Part shown: piece after piece, positions 51,050-64,000 of the stretch | How positions within the stretch are numbered: the first letter of the stretch is position 1 | Layout: every line of letters begins with the position of its first letter | DNA from: Rhynchobatus australiae | Lineage: Eukaryota | Direction: 5' to 3' | NCBI GenBank assembly: GCA_034780895.1 | Contig: JAUZTB010000057.1 | Location: 14,655,989-14,719,988 of the forward strand | DNA: 64,000 nt | Notes under the pieces: generated by a model | Databases searched by the model: none | The model's input: the letters and a program-made list of their open reading frames with translations, nothing else | What the model was told of the DNA's origin: nothing | Position numbers and translations under genes: made by a program

Positions 51050-54000
51050 TAAAATGTGAAGCAAAGTTCAGCTGTTAATATATTGGACTACATTTCTGAG
51101 TCACTCTGAATTAATGACTCTTTGAAATACTAATTAGCCCGAACGTTTGTTGTAAGAAGGAAAGTAGTCAGCGTCCTGGAAAGAAAAGAGTTTACATTAT
51201 TTTAGTTAAGTCAAAATAATGGGATCTGAGGGCATATTAGCCAATCACAGAGAACCTTTCANNNNNNNNNNNNNNNNNNNNNNNNNNNNNNNNNNNNNNN
51301 NNNNNNNNNNNNNNNNNNNNNNNNNNNNNNNNNNNNNNNNNNNNNNNNNNNNNNNNNNNNNNNNNNNNNNNNNNNNNNNNNNNNNNNNNNNNNNNNNNNN
51401 NNNNNNNNNNNNNNNNNNNNNNNNNNNNNNNNNNNNNNNNNNNNNNNNNNNNNNNNNNNNNNNNNNNNNNNNNNNNNNNNNNNNNNNNNNNNNNNNNNNN
51501 NNNNNNNNNNNNNNNNNNNNNNNNNNNNNNNNNNNNNNNNNNNNNNNNNNNNNNNNNNNNNNNNNNNNNNNNNNNNNNNNNNNNNNNNNNNNNNNNNNNN
51601 NNNNNNNNNNNNNNNNNNNNTATTTATTCTTTTTTCCACACTCACAGAAGGAAGGTGAAATAGTTGCAATGAGTGTGGCTGTTTTGCCTTTCAGCTTGAA
51701 GATTTACAACATCTTCATTGGTGAAAACCATGGCTTGTTGTCTAACACACAGAGGAAAGAATCCATTTAATCAATTAACCTTTAAAAGCAAATTGCTACA
51801 AGTTATAGCACAAAGATAATCATCTGCTCTATCAAAGATCATTTCTAGGTTAAGGAACACAAGAGCAGCGATGCCTACAATTTATTGACCAAATGCAGAA
51901 ATATCAATAAGCTTCCCTGGAGAGAGCAAGCTTCAATCTATTAGCTAGTAATTTCACAATACCTTGTACTTAAAAGCGAACTGGTGTAGTTACTGTAGCT
52001 CAGAGGGAAGTTACCATGTTTACAGATGAATGATATTAACGGATGATTTAAATTTTCCCAGATGGTGTCTGATGTTTCCTTAAAATATCTAAGAAATGTT
52101 TTCTGGTAAAGCTCCTGTTTAAAAAACAAATAAGCCCCACAAATGGTGGTTTCTCTAAAGACATGTACAGCTGGGAGGGCATGTTGGGAAATCTGGCAGG
52201 AGGCCAATCTAAATGATTCACACATATTTTAACCACAAACTCTACATCCTCTCTTTTCTGGGCACCAGCCACATCTCTGGTTCTGGACAGGCAGAAAATT
52301 CATTGACTTATGTAAAAGAAGGGAGAGGAAGGTGCCATGACATTTTGTCACCCATAAGCATGTTGGACACCAAGATTTCCAGTAGTGCTGAACAGGTTTG
52401 CATATATTTTCTGTCATGGACCAAGGTTGGGTTTGGGTGATGGGAGAGGTTGAAAAATGGAGCTGGAGAGAAGGGGAAGAAAAGAAAGTATGGGCCAGGA
52501 TGGGGCAAGTGGATTGTGTCAGTTGGGCAGGTGTTGAAGCAGATTCTGATGGATAAAAGGCAAGTATGGGCCTTTCTTTAGTGGGGGTTCCTTCATGTAC
52601 AAGACTACAAAGACCAAGTCATTTAATAAAATGCCCAGTGAAAGGTGATCCTGGGTCATCATGGAATAATTTCCCCTGCCATGTACTAAAAGAAGTATTA
52701 CATGGATATGGCAATAATTTGACTTGCACCTGTTGTAGAAAATGCAACTGATGCACAAAGCTGACTTATTCCACGAAGAGTGTGAATAAATTTTTGGAAT
52801 GATGCAAATTGATCCAGAAATGGTCACCATCGCATTTCAGTCTGTGGCAAATACATCCTCAGTGAGGTATTGCTGAGGTAATTCGTGCTTGATATCAAAT
52901 TTCTGCATCCAAATTCCTTGTGCAGCCAAGAAAACCTGACTGAAAGGAAGACTTCAGAAGAGCTGAAAACTGAAAGCACACAAAAAAGTACTGAGATTTT
53001 TGAAGAATTAAGCTTTACATGGGTTCTTGCATTTTTGTTTTCTTTCTCTGCTGGCTCATGAGCTTTTGAGAGACCTTTACGCTGATGTGTGCTCTAACCT
53101 TCAGAGTTCATGAGGAATTATAAGCCATTAATGGGGCTGTGGATTCCCTAAATGTGGTGGAATTTTAACTCCTGTTTGAACAGTTTCCTGTACAGATTGA
53201 GGCAAGGAATGAAGCAGTGGTAGCTGAATCCTGGGTATAAGTAAGTAAGCGCAATATGCCAGTCGAGACCACAAGGGTGGGTGGAGCATAGTTGAGAGGG
53301 TTGAGGTTGATTGTGGTGGAATTGCAAGATGAAAGAATGAGGGTGGATTGCAGAAAGAGATTGGAAAGAAAATATTTTAATATTCTTTACACTTGTAGCC
53401 AGTGTCAGATCCCAACTTGAATAAATCTGGGCAAGAGTAACAAAAATCAAAAGTTCAATGTTAATGGGGGAAGATTAGGGAGAGACAGAAAGATTTAGAG
53501 GTCAGGGACAGCTGACATGTAACACAGACCTAGCTTGTGTTGAAGCAGCTATGGTTACCTGTAGCCTGAAATTTGACTGCATTATCTTGCAGGAATACGA
53601 TCCCAACCAATTTTTCCTTAACATCATCTGCAAGGAGCAGCAGAAGACTCTTACTCATGTTGCAGGAGGTCTCCCAGCCTCCATTTGGGACCTTCTGATT
53701 TCATCTCTACTAATATTTGTAGTTTACTATTTGTAGAACGATGGCCCATTTTGAATAGTTTCCCTTGGGTTTACTGGTCAGGCTGTTGCTATGTTGCCAC
53801 ATGAAGCAGCTATTGCAATGATTTCTTTCAGCCCAGTCTAACATTTTTATGATCAGAACCATGCGTCATGTTAGAATTTTTCAAGTCAAGCCCCAATTCA
53901 GCACCATTTATTCACTGAATGAAACCAGTGTACAGCATCTCTGAACTTGTCCATGATACTGTTCCAATGTTTAATCCATTATCCAGTCTGTTAACTTCAG

Positions 54001-54177
54001 GCTCATTCTACCTTTTGTTTAGGGTACTCTTCTGTCTTTATTCCATAATATTCACTGTGCTACCCTAATTATGTTCGTCACTTCCTCAAAAAAACTCGAT
54101 CAAATTTGAGGTTCTGTCTCACAAATTTGATTGATTGAGTTCTTTGAAGAAGTGACAACATGATTGATAAGGGTAGG

Positions 54178-54889
54178 TGTTACGAACCAGCAACAAAAGA
54201 AACACAACGAGNNNNNNNNNNNNNNNNNNNNNNNNNNNNNNNNNNNNNNNNNNNNNNNNNNNNNNNNNNNNNNNNNNNNNNNNNNNNNNNNNNNNNNNNN
54301 NNNNNNNNNNNTAAAAATGTTAGAATGTTAGAAGTAAAAATGTTAAACCCCGAACATTAACCCCAAAAACTAACTAAACTTGTCGTGTCTGTGGCAAATT
54401 CCCAAACTCCAAGTCCAGGAATGGTTCTTAAAGTTCAGTTCAGCAAGCCATAAGATGAAACATGAGCAAAGGCTTCTTCAACAACCACCATTGACTGAAG
54501 GCAAAAGGTAGATGTAGAGAGAGAATAGAGAGTAATTACGAAATCCAATTGTTCCATGATGGAACCCATACGACACCTCAGTGTCTACTCATCAGTGACT
54601 ACTCCACCACATCTTCCTCAGCCCGAAAGGCACTCAAATCATGGCTGTCCACACAAATACCTGCTTCCTTCTACAGGTCAACAACAAAGTGAACTCCAAT
54701 GCTTTGTTCTGAAGTATCTGCCACCCCGAAAGGCATCCGAAATGTGGCCGTCCACACAAATACCTGTTTCCCTCTACAGATTAACAACAAAGTGAACTCC
54801 ACCGGATTATTCCAAAAACCCAGATGTGGATTATAGTGACAGACACAGTTACTGTTTTTCATCCATCGATAGAGACTAGCAGACTGATG

Positions 54890-54921
<32 letters not shown>

Positions 54922-55047
54922 TCCGACTGACTTCTCCAAAATGTCGTTATGTCCTTTATGTTCTGTTGATGTAAGCATGCCACACACACACATGCACTAT
55001 GCCCTATCTTAAAGGGACATTCACCAATAGTAACCTAGTTTGTAACA
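54178..55047 (-). mobile_element. Solo LTR (TG...CA) with 4-bp target-site duplication TAGG
   Basis: tagg|TGTTACGAA...TTTGTAACA|tagg; terminal inverted repeat matches at 8 of 9 positions; CR1 sequence resumes exactly after the TSD; orientation inferred. Confidence 0.88.
54890..54916. repeat. (CT)n microsatellite inside the LTR
   Basis: Directly visible. Confidence 0.95.
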
Positions 55048-58000
55048 TAGGGCAGTGGATATTGTCCACATGGTATTTAGTAAAGTGTTCAACAAGGTCC
55101 TTCATGGTAGGCTGGTCCAGATGATTAAGTCATGTGGGATCCATGAAGAGTTGGTAAATTAACTTGGTCATAGAAGGCAGAGGGTAGTGTTTAGCGTTTG
55201 TGACCAGTGATGTTAAACAAGAATCTGTGCTGGGACCTTTGTTGTTTGTGATATATAACTAACTTAGATGAAAATTTAGGTGCTCTGATTAGCACATTTG
55301 CAGATGATACAAAAATTGGTGGAGTTATGGACAGAGAGCAAAGTTGTCAAAGGCTAGAGAAGAATATAGATCAAATAGAAATTTGGGCAAAGAAATGGCA
55401 GATGGAGTTTAATCCAGACAAGCGTGAGGTGATGCATTTTGGGAGGCCAAATGCAAGAGGAAAGTATACAGTATATGGCTGGAGAGGGATCTTGAGGTGC
55501 AAGTCCATAGCTCCCTGAAAGTGGCAACACAAGTGGATTGGGTGGTAAAGGTGACATATGGCATGTTTGCCTTCATCGCTCTGGGCATTGAGTATAAAAG
55601 TTGGGAAGTCATGTACAAAACACTAATTATGCCACATTTGGAGTATTGTGTGCAGTTCTGCTTGCAAACTATAGGAAGGATGTGGAGGTTTTGGAGAGAG
55701 TGCAGAAGAGGATGTGGCTTTGATTGGAATGTATTAGCTAGAAGGAGAGGTTGGACAAGCTTTAACTTTTTTCTCTGGTCTGGAGCAAACAGGCTGAGTG
55801 GCAACCTACCATAAGTCATGAGGGGCATAGACAGGGTAGATAGTCAGAATCTTTTTCTCAAGGTGGAAATGGCAAATACTGGAGCACAAAGGTTTAATTT
55901 GAGAGAGGGAAAGTTTAATGGAGATTTGTGAAGCAAGTTTTCTTACACACAGAGAGTGGGTGTCTGGATTGCACTGCCAGAGAAGGTGGTAGAAGCAGAT
56001 ACAATTGCAATGTTAAAGAGGAATTTAGATGGACATATGAACAGGCAGGGAGGCATTTAGAAAGAAACATGAACAGGCAGGGAATAGAGGTATATCTGCA
56101 GGCAGATGGGATTAGTTTAGATTGGTTTCATGGTCGGCACAGACATGGTGGGCCAAAAGGCTTGTTCTTGTGCTGTACTGTTCTATGTTCTATTCTTAAT
56201 TCCTGTATATGTGACGCAATCATTTGGCAACCTCGGAGTCAGCGAATCAATTATAAACCAAAGCCTGACCCTGAGTTTTAATAATTAGAATCACATGGCA
56301 CAACTCCACCTGGAGTTTAAAAATGATCATTGCTTTCTTTTCATCCATTAGTTTGAATTATCTACTAATATCCCTGATATTGAAAAAATATTTGAGGATT
56401 TGGTCTTTAAACCCAGCCATATAAATATTTATGCAATAATATAAATATGAGACAAAAGGTCACAAGCCGAGTGTACTTGCAGGAAAAGGATTATGTATCA
56501 AGAGCAATCTTGACTTTTTTCAGTGTTCAATGTTGATAACATTGGTTAATGTTAAATGGAGAATTTTCACTTTGGGCACTGTACCAGTACAAAATACATC
56601 CAACTTAAGATTGTCTGGCCAAGTGAGAACACAGGAAGTAGTAAGCTTTAGGACTTCAGAAGTAACAAGAAGTAACTTCAGATTAACAAATGCCTTATTG
56701 ATATCAATAGTGAATGAAGGACAAGGTATAAGATTGAAAGTAGAGGTGATTGGAATATCATATACAAGATGAGCTTTTAAGATGACCTCATAATTAACAG
56801 TCATTGGTGAATAAATGACTGAAGAAATATTTAATGACTCTCGGGAGGATTGAACAGCCAAAGATTTGGCTGGAAATTCCATTTCAGAAGTTGATTTTGA
56901 TTTATTTGAAAGCTTTTAATTTACTATCAGTTTTGCTATGGGTTATTTGGAATAAGTGTGAGAACCTGTCAAAAGAACCAAATTCTCTTTATAAATGTAT
57001 ATTGCTCAAAATTCTGTGGCAAAATGAAAACCTATTTGTTTTATGTGACACGTGTTGATTAGAACTTTCAGGCAACACAGAATGCAGCCAGTTTTAAGGA
57101 GTTAAGCTGTGAGATTGTTAGATCGATACTTTCATCATCAACAGTATTACGTGCAACATATTTCTCTTACTAAAAGCTATGAGAATTTGTTTCAAGGAGG
57201 TTTGTGAATGGAGTTAGAAGAGGACAGTTGAAAGCAACTGTACAGATACATCAGCAATCACTGCTGATGCTGACAGCAAATACAGGCTTGTCACGTGATG
57301 AGACTATATTAAGGTATTGAGATTAGATTGTTATTCTGTTTGGTGTCCTCTTCAGTAAAACATCTCCTTCAAATGTTTTCGAAGTTTGTGGGAACATCAT
57401 CCTCTCAAGATATACTGTCAAACTATGTTGTGCATTGTGCTAGTTCTATTTTGGTTGTTTCTTGTCTGGTAACATTTGTATTTAGTTAGGAACAATTTTT
57501 ATTTGTGTTGTTTCCTCATTGTAAGCAAATGTTACTCCACTGGTGTTTGATTCATTTTCCCGTGTGGAAGCATTAGACTTTTAAACCTCTGAGACTCAGA
57601 ATGGAATGGTTTTAAAACTCTTAACAGATGGCACAATTTAACTATATAAATCTGGATTTATGAAATCTCCAGTCTGTTTGAAAATTGGATTAACAATGAA
57701 TTTTAAATTATGATTCATTGTGGATTAATAAATATATTTGAACAGTCAGGAGCTGGAACAAAAAGGATGTGTAAACCAGTAATTGATGATACCTTACACA
57801 GTCAAACCCTTCAGCCTTGGACCTTTCTGGACACACTTTGGCTCTCTGGATGCCGACGTATTTTCCCAGTGCTCTAATCATGGCCCTAGTGAGATTGTTT
57901 ATAACACAGTAACACTCCAGAAAGGTTATCTGAGCTTTTAATGCATCTCATAGTCTGATAATTGGTTGGTGTGCAGGTGGTGGGGGCACTGACAAGAAAC

Positions 58001-61000
58001 NNNNNNNNNNNNNNNNNNNNNAAAGCATCATAAACAGGATCTTTATTGAAGTTTCAAAGCCATTGGCACAGATATGTGTGTGTTAATGTGTCTATGGTAT
58101 GTATATGCACTTATATATTATATACACAATATTACACATATGTTCACCATACACATGTTCAGGTAGAAATTCATACAAACCCAATTAAAGGGATTGAATG
58201 AAGTTGTTGGGGTGCAGGAGGCACAGGTTTGGGATACAGCATGTTCCTGAATTCCTTAGGTAAAGTAAATATGAGTGGGATAGCTGTTTTAAAACAACCA
58301 AAGGAATTGCATGTCTTGAGCAAGAGGATGATAACAGCAATTGCTGAAGCTAGGGAACAGAATATAAGTGCACAGAACTATTTGCAACTAGCAAGGCAGC
58401 TCAGTCATTAGCTGCTTCGTGGGAATGGGCAGGAACTGGGGCAGGGTGGGTTGAACCAAAAGAGACAAAGTATCCCGGACATTCTAATCACGCAGCACAA
58501 TACTTCTGCGCTATCAGGAAATAAATGCTAGTTACTGCACTGTTCCCAAACAATGCCAGACTGCTTCTATGCACAGTATGCTTACACATTGAATGCTACG
58601 GAATCAACAAGTGGTAACAAATGATGTACAGTGCACAGACACCAGAAAATGCAGAAATAGATCTATGCAATGTAAAGGGGACATGCCTCCCTAACTCTGG
58701 CTGCACCCACCAACATACCCTAGCCCCGTTGTGACCCTCATACCCCCCCCCCCCAAACCATCAGATCACAGCTCCCAACCCCTCAAGCAATAGCCACCTG
58801 TGACCTTCAGNNNNNNNNNNNNNNNNNNNNNNNNNNNNNNNNNNNNNNNNNNNNNNNNNNNNNNNNNNNNNNNNNNNNNNNNNNNNNNNNNNNNNNNNNN
58901 NNNNNNNNNNACCTGTGACCTTCAGAAGCCCTGACCTGGATTTTAAGGTCCTGATTCCACCCTGAATGACACACTGACCCTCCTCACCCCACATCTCTCC
59001 ACAAGTTTTCTAACTCAGCAAGCCAGGTAGCTGTGGAAAAAGAGACAATACACATTTCAGGTACAGGACCCTTCATCTCACCACAAGACCCCGTGACCCT
59101 TGGTCAACCCAAGTTCCTCCAGTCACTCCACCATTGTGTGCAGGGCCTGTTCTATTGTGCTTGATGCCCTGACCTTCATACCCAATAGAAATTTGCTGAG
59201 GCCAATCAGCAAATTGATGCAACTTTTCTGGCATGTAACAGTTTTTAAGTTCAGTAACAATTAGCAAAAAACAAAACTAAGAAAGACATACATAGAAAGT
59301 CTGACAGGGTAACAGAAATGCAACAATAGAAAAGGAGGAACAGGTTATTTTGACTATAGAGTTTTATTGCTTCTTGTTTGGATCTGTTTTAATCAACTGA
59401 GAGATTAACTATTCAGATGATTCAACACCTCCATAAAGATCCTGTCATATGGCTGCCTGGATGGTGAATGGAAAATTCAATAGACTATCAATTTTTGACT
59501 TCATGTTTCTTACATCCCTGGGAATGGGAGAGAAAAATGAGAAAGGAAAATTTCATTGGGTTTATAAAGCACCTTCCAGAACTTTGGGGTGCCCAATGCC
59601 CCATGACCAATTAAATGTTTTCCAATGCTTGTGCAATATAACAGGGGAACCAATTTATACCGAGGCAGTAATGACCTTGCAATCTGTTCTTTGAAAGATA
59701 ACTATTACATCATAAGAGGGAAAGTTAGGGAAGGAAGGGGAGAGCAAGTGTGGGAGTGAAAGAGGTGAGGTGGGGAAGAAAAACATGGAGCCTGCAGAGA
59801 GCAACGGAGAGAGAAGAGAGGAGAGAAAGAAGAAAAACAAAAATCACAGATTGATGAATAGAGGAAAGCAAGAGGGAAATTGTCATGAGGGAGCTAAGAA
59901 CCATGATCAATTCTCCCAAGGGATCTGAAAGCGCTATGCATTCCAAGCATTTAAGACTAACATAACACAACCTACAAGGCATATTTCACAATATTTAACC
60001 AGTCCAGTCACAGCCACAAAGCCCAAACCAGAACGTTGATATTCTTGATGGCTGCTTTCCTAGATATATAGATAACAATACCCAACACCTCAGTGAGAAA
60101 CAAAGCAGTGACATCCTTGCAAGTAACATAACACTGCATTTGATGAACCAAATTAATTATTGGAAACACAATGGCTAATACTAATAATTGCCTTTAAAAC
60201 ATTATGAAATGTTTCATTTACTCATTGTTTCTTTATAAATTTGCCTCAATTGCAAGTAATATATATCCTATGGATACAGTACGTCTTATTTATACACTGA
60301 ATATTTCATCAACCTGTTACCTCCAGTGCATGCTCTGAAATTGGGTATTTTTAATACAAATATATTTTTATGGAGTTGGGTATTTCCAAAAATAGTTCTA
60401 AAAGCGTCTAGTTGGTTTATCTTCCATAAACATCATCCATTTGAGGAATTGTTATGTTGATTCATTTAGTTTCCACCCTCTCATCCAAAAAAAAGTGACA
60501 TAACTAATTGCATATCCTGTCCAGTTTATTGTGGTAAAAAAACATTGACATGGTTCTTTTAGCTTCTTCACCTGACTCAAATATGATGATGACCTTCAAA
60601 AAAAACCTACTTCAAATAGTTAATACCTCCATAAGTCTGACAGAACTGAATTCAAAAATTCAAATAATTCTGGAAAAAAAAAATCAGATATCTGTGTTAA
60701 GTTGGATCCAAGCACAAGTGCCTGACACAACCCTCACAAACCATGTTTGCCCAGGAGAGGGAAAGGGGAAAATCAGAAAGGATGTGAAGTCCACGAACAA
60801 GTTGATTGAATCCATGTAGATAGCTCAAGGGCAGCTTGAACAGCAGTTTAGGAATTTATATCCTCTCACTTGAGAAGCACGTTGTGTGCCAGTGAGTGAC
60901 ACAGAGACAGAAGAAAGTAACTTTAAAAAGTAGTCAAAAGATAAATAATGAAACAGCTGTTTGAAAAAGGAGTGGGAAAAGATGCTCAGTCTCCAGTGGG

Positions 61001-61760
61001 ATGAATAATAAATTACCTTTGTCATCAAGTAAGCTTTTTGTAACCAAATAATAGTGTCACTGCCACTGTGGATAAAAATGCCATTCACATCGTGAATCTT
61101 GAAATGACATGTCATTCCTGCAACACATGGTTACAATTCAGGAGAAGTGTATTTTAGCCTTTAAACATTCAGGTTACACCACATATGCTAGAATTGTTAT
61201 GTGACAGTACATTTTAAGATTCTATTATTTGGGCACAAGCACGACTTCTGGCATTGATCAAAGGTCAAACCATACCAAATACAGCAGAGCCCAAGTTCAG
61301 TGTTGAAGTACTGTCACAAAGGCGGCTTTTGGCAATGACGAACTGATAGTTGTTGTTATGTTTCTTTTCAGGTTACTTTTCTCAATTTTTCTCATCTGCA
61401 GAAGTAGCAAAACATAGATGAAGGAACACAACCTCCAGGATATTATTTTCTACTTCAGATAAAAAAATTCAAGACATGTTGTATTTGTAAGATGACTTTT
61501 TTTCTAGGATGCNNNNNNNNNNTTCAAAGTTTTAATTTTGAGTTCACTGTCTTGATGTTTACTGGGATTTGATTTCTGGGTGGGTTTGAGCTTACCCCAA
61601 GGAACTATCTAGACAGGCCCAGTAACCTATGAAAGTTACAGAGGCTCTGATATTCTCGACTTTATGTCACTGCAGGTGGCTGTATTTCCCAGCTTCTCTG
61701 TAGCTGTCTGGTTTACTTTGCCCGGAGGGTGCAGGACCCAGCCAGGAAACTTGCTTATTG

Positions 61761-61890
61761 TTCTGATGAAGAGCTTTTGACCTGAAATATTAACACTGTT
61801 GTTCGTTCTATAGGTACTACCTGACCCGACTGGGTCCAGCATTTTCTGTTTTTGTTTCAGGTTTCCAGCATCTGCAGTTTTATGATTTTC
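61761..61890 (+). mobile_element. Penelope-like terminal remnant with hammerhead-like core
   Basis: ttCTGATGAagagcttttgacctGAAAtattaac...ccagcattttctgtttttgtttcaggtttccagcatctgcag. Confidence 0.65.
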
Positions 61891-62134
61891 AAACTTGCCT
61901 AATCATCGGTGTTGGGAAAAATAAACATGATGCAAAATAGTGAATACTGAGACATTCTGGTGGTTACTGTGGGAGTTACAGTTCTTTCCTCACTCAGCAT
62001 TTGGTTTCAATATTGGATATTAAACACCTCTGGGGTGCTTTGCAGGAAACATAACCCCCTGTGACTGATGAGTTCAAGGATCATCCTGTGCCCCACTACC
62101 TGACCCAGGAAAAAAGACCTTGCCCTTAGTGTGG

Positions 62135-62485
62135 TTCCAAGGAGGTTTACAGCCACTGAAGTACTACTTATGTTGTCACTTTTGTAATGTAGGAATGATG
62201 GCAGCTAAATTGAACACAGCAAGCTCCTGCCAATGACTATATGATCTGCTCTTCGCAATGTTAACAATTACCAGTGACGCTTCAGAACAGCGCAATGGGC
62301 TCTTTGAAGCCAGACTAAAAGAATGGATAGACCACAATTTAGCATCTCATCTGAAAGACGGTGCTTCCAACAGTTTTGTGTTCCCTCACTGTTGTAATGG
62401 GTTGCCTGGAACCTTGTATTCAAGTATTGATGGGACACAAACCCACAATCTTCTGGCTCAGGGGGATAGAGTACCACTGACTAGG
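62135..62485 (-). mobile_element. Deu-domain SINE (SacSINE1/AmnSINE1 superfamily)
   Basis: tttagcatctcatctgaaagacggtgcttccaacagt...ttccctcactg is the reverse complement of the Deu core (GAGGTGCCGTCTTTCGGATGAGACGTTAAA); tail tttacagccactgaagtac...tgtaatgtaggaa. Confidence 0.75.
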
Positions 62486-63644
62486 CCCCATTCAACATTG
62501 GAACTGATGATGTAACTACTTGCTGGACCCCACAGACAATATGGCAAAAATTACCCACTACACAACAAGTTCTAGTTGGAGATTAGGTGGAAACCCAGTT
62601 TTATCTGAACACCAAAAAGTTTTAACGCTGAAATGTTTGTACTGACGGCGAATTGATTATCTTGGCTCCCTGTCTTGTGCAGAATTCCCTGGAAAGGCTA
62701 CAGTCCAGGACCAGGTTTGATTCCTGCTTCTCTGGATAGGGATAGCAAGGTGGGGCAAGACTAGAGTCTGATTTCATGCTGGCAGAATCAGAGGGAAGTG
62801 AAAGAAAGGGGAGAGTAGGCAATTGCAGGGCTTGCCTCATGGGTGGGAGATTCAGTAGTCACAGAGGTGGAGTCCAATTACAGGGGTGTGGTCTTATTGG
62901 AGGGGGCAGGGTCCAACCCCCACAGTCAATGTCTGATCACCCGCGTTAAATCTTCTAAAGGCTCGTGGTTTGGGATGATGTCAGAGATTAAAATAAACAT
63001 GCTTCGAGCAAGATCGACACCTGATCTGGATGTGCCCATGATCAGTTTAAAGCCATGAATCAAAGACTGACGGCCAATCAACTCATTTGAAGTGAATCAG
63101 TTGTTTAATTATAATGATGGCATCTACCTTCAGAGTAACAGTAATTTATTTCAAACCTCAGGATATCTGACCACTGAGAATATGTCAAGGGCTAAACTCA
63201 CAAGGGAACTGCCCTCACAACACTCCAGGTGCAAATATATTTCCTCCTGGGCCAACAAGACATCCCACCATTCAACCCCACAAAGTGACTGTTCTCTCCA
63301 GATCATCAATTGACATTCTCTCTCACCATCTTCACCCCTCCTCTAGTGATCTGGATCCATAACTGCTGTCTGCCCCCACAAACCCTCTCTGTCCTAACTA
63401 TGACAAGTAACTGATGTACTATTCACTAGACTTGGGTCCAGTAGAACAGGCTTTCTAACTAGAAAGGCTTCAGTCTATCTAGCAACTTGTTTCATGCAGG
63501 AACCTCAATTTTAAAGGAGCCCTGCAAGTTAATTCTGGAAACATGCACTCCCATATCTTCTCAGCACACAATATCCACATCACCCACCCACCCACCCTCC
63601 CCTCCTCCTTTCTGAGCACCACCCATCTAGAATCATGGANNNTC

Positions 63645-63775
63645 AAAAAGTGAGAGAGCACAGAATAAGCCCTTTGGCCCACCAGGTTTACAAGTATAAA
63701 AGCACCCATTTACATTCTTCACATTTTATTTCCCTCACGTCATCATCAAATTCTCCACTGTACATCTGTGCAAGA
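63645..63775 (-). mobile_element. SINE/CR1-type 3' tail
   Basis: agcacagaataagccctttggcccacc...cacccatttaca...ttttatttccctcac, homologous to 21460-21590. Confidence 0.55.
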
Positions 63776-63849
63776 CTTGTTAAAATCCAAGCTTTGGAGA
63801 AGGAAACGGGTGGGCCTGGGGATAGTGAGCTGGGGCAGGACTGTAGAGG

Positions 63850-63960
63850 GAAAGAGTTTCTTGTGCTGCCCACAAATGGTATAGGAGCATCTGTTCTAGA
63901 TCTAGTAGGATGCTGAACAGCTTTTTCCCCCCACAAGCAGTTAGGATCATAAATGCACTG
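63850..63960 (+). mobile_element. Rex1/Babar- or L2-like LINE C-terminal fragment
   Basis: WYRSICSRSSRMLNSFFP, then after a frameshift QAVRIIN; matches the RYRSxxxRTxRxxNSFFPxAIRLLN motif. Confidence 0.6.
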
Positions 63961-64000
63961 TGTCCCCTTCCACTTCCACCGACAAGCTCTCCTTCCACAG

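Larger units (their letters stand above)
54110..56197 (+). mobile_element. CR1 LINE RT domain to 3' end, interrupted by a solo LTR
   Basis: DIVHMVFSKVFNKVLHGRL, QESVLGPLLFVIY, FADDTKIG, WAKKWQMEFNPDK, PHLEYCVQF; tail tgtgctgtactgttctatgttctattct; frameshifted. Confidence 0.95.

Noticed and set aside
56520-56915. ~130-codon open frame on the minus strand with an overlapping plus-strand ORF; faint SEA- or discoidin-like words
   Set aside because: Similarity limited to a few residues; roughly one such open stretch is plausible by chance in 64 kb; needs BLASTP/PhyloCSF to revive

Overview
Eukaryotic, AT-rich, CpG-depleted vertebrate DNA. The repeat content points to a cartilaginous fish, probably a ray or shark (inference from recognising the families by eye): CR1 LINE fragments, V-domain and Deu-domain SINEs, and fold-back Penelope-like termini. 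It comes from a gapped draft assembly, with several N gaps flanked by duplicated sequence. I recognise no host protein-coding gene, rRNA, tRNA gene or CRISPR array. Most listed ORFs are chance frames, run through Ns, or are decayed retrotransposon ORF2 pieces. The window reads as a gene desert or large intron with many decayed mobile elements and repeat-free blocks that resemble conserved enhancers. The most notable structures are: a ~2.6-kb ancient array of ~40 degenerate 30-40-bp units (22.5-25.2 kb); an 83%-identical inverted repeat with one-sided CpG retention (15.7-16.5 kb); a clean solo LTR with a 4-bp TSD nested in a CR1; decayed hammerhead-ribozyme cores in Penelope-like termini; a fossil Harbinger transposase; a locally templated duplication; several perfect hairpins; and a candidate minus-strand terminal exon. 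Nothing here demonstrates a new biological system. Repeat boundaries are approximate unless junctions are quoted.
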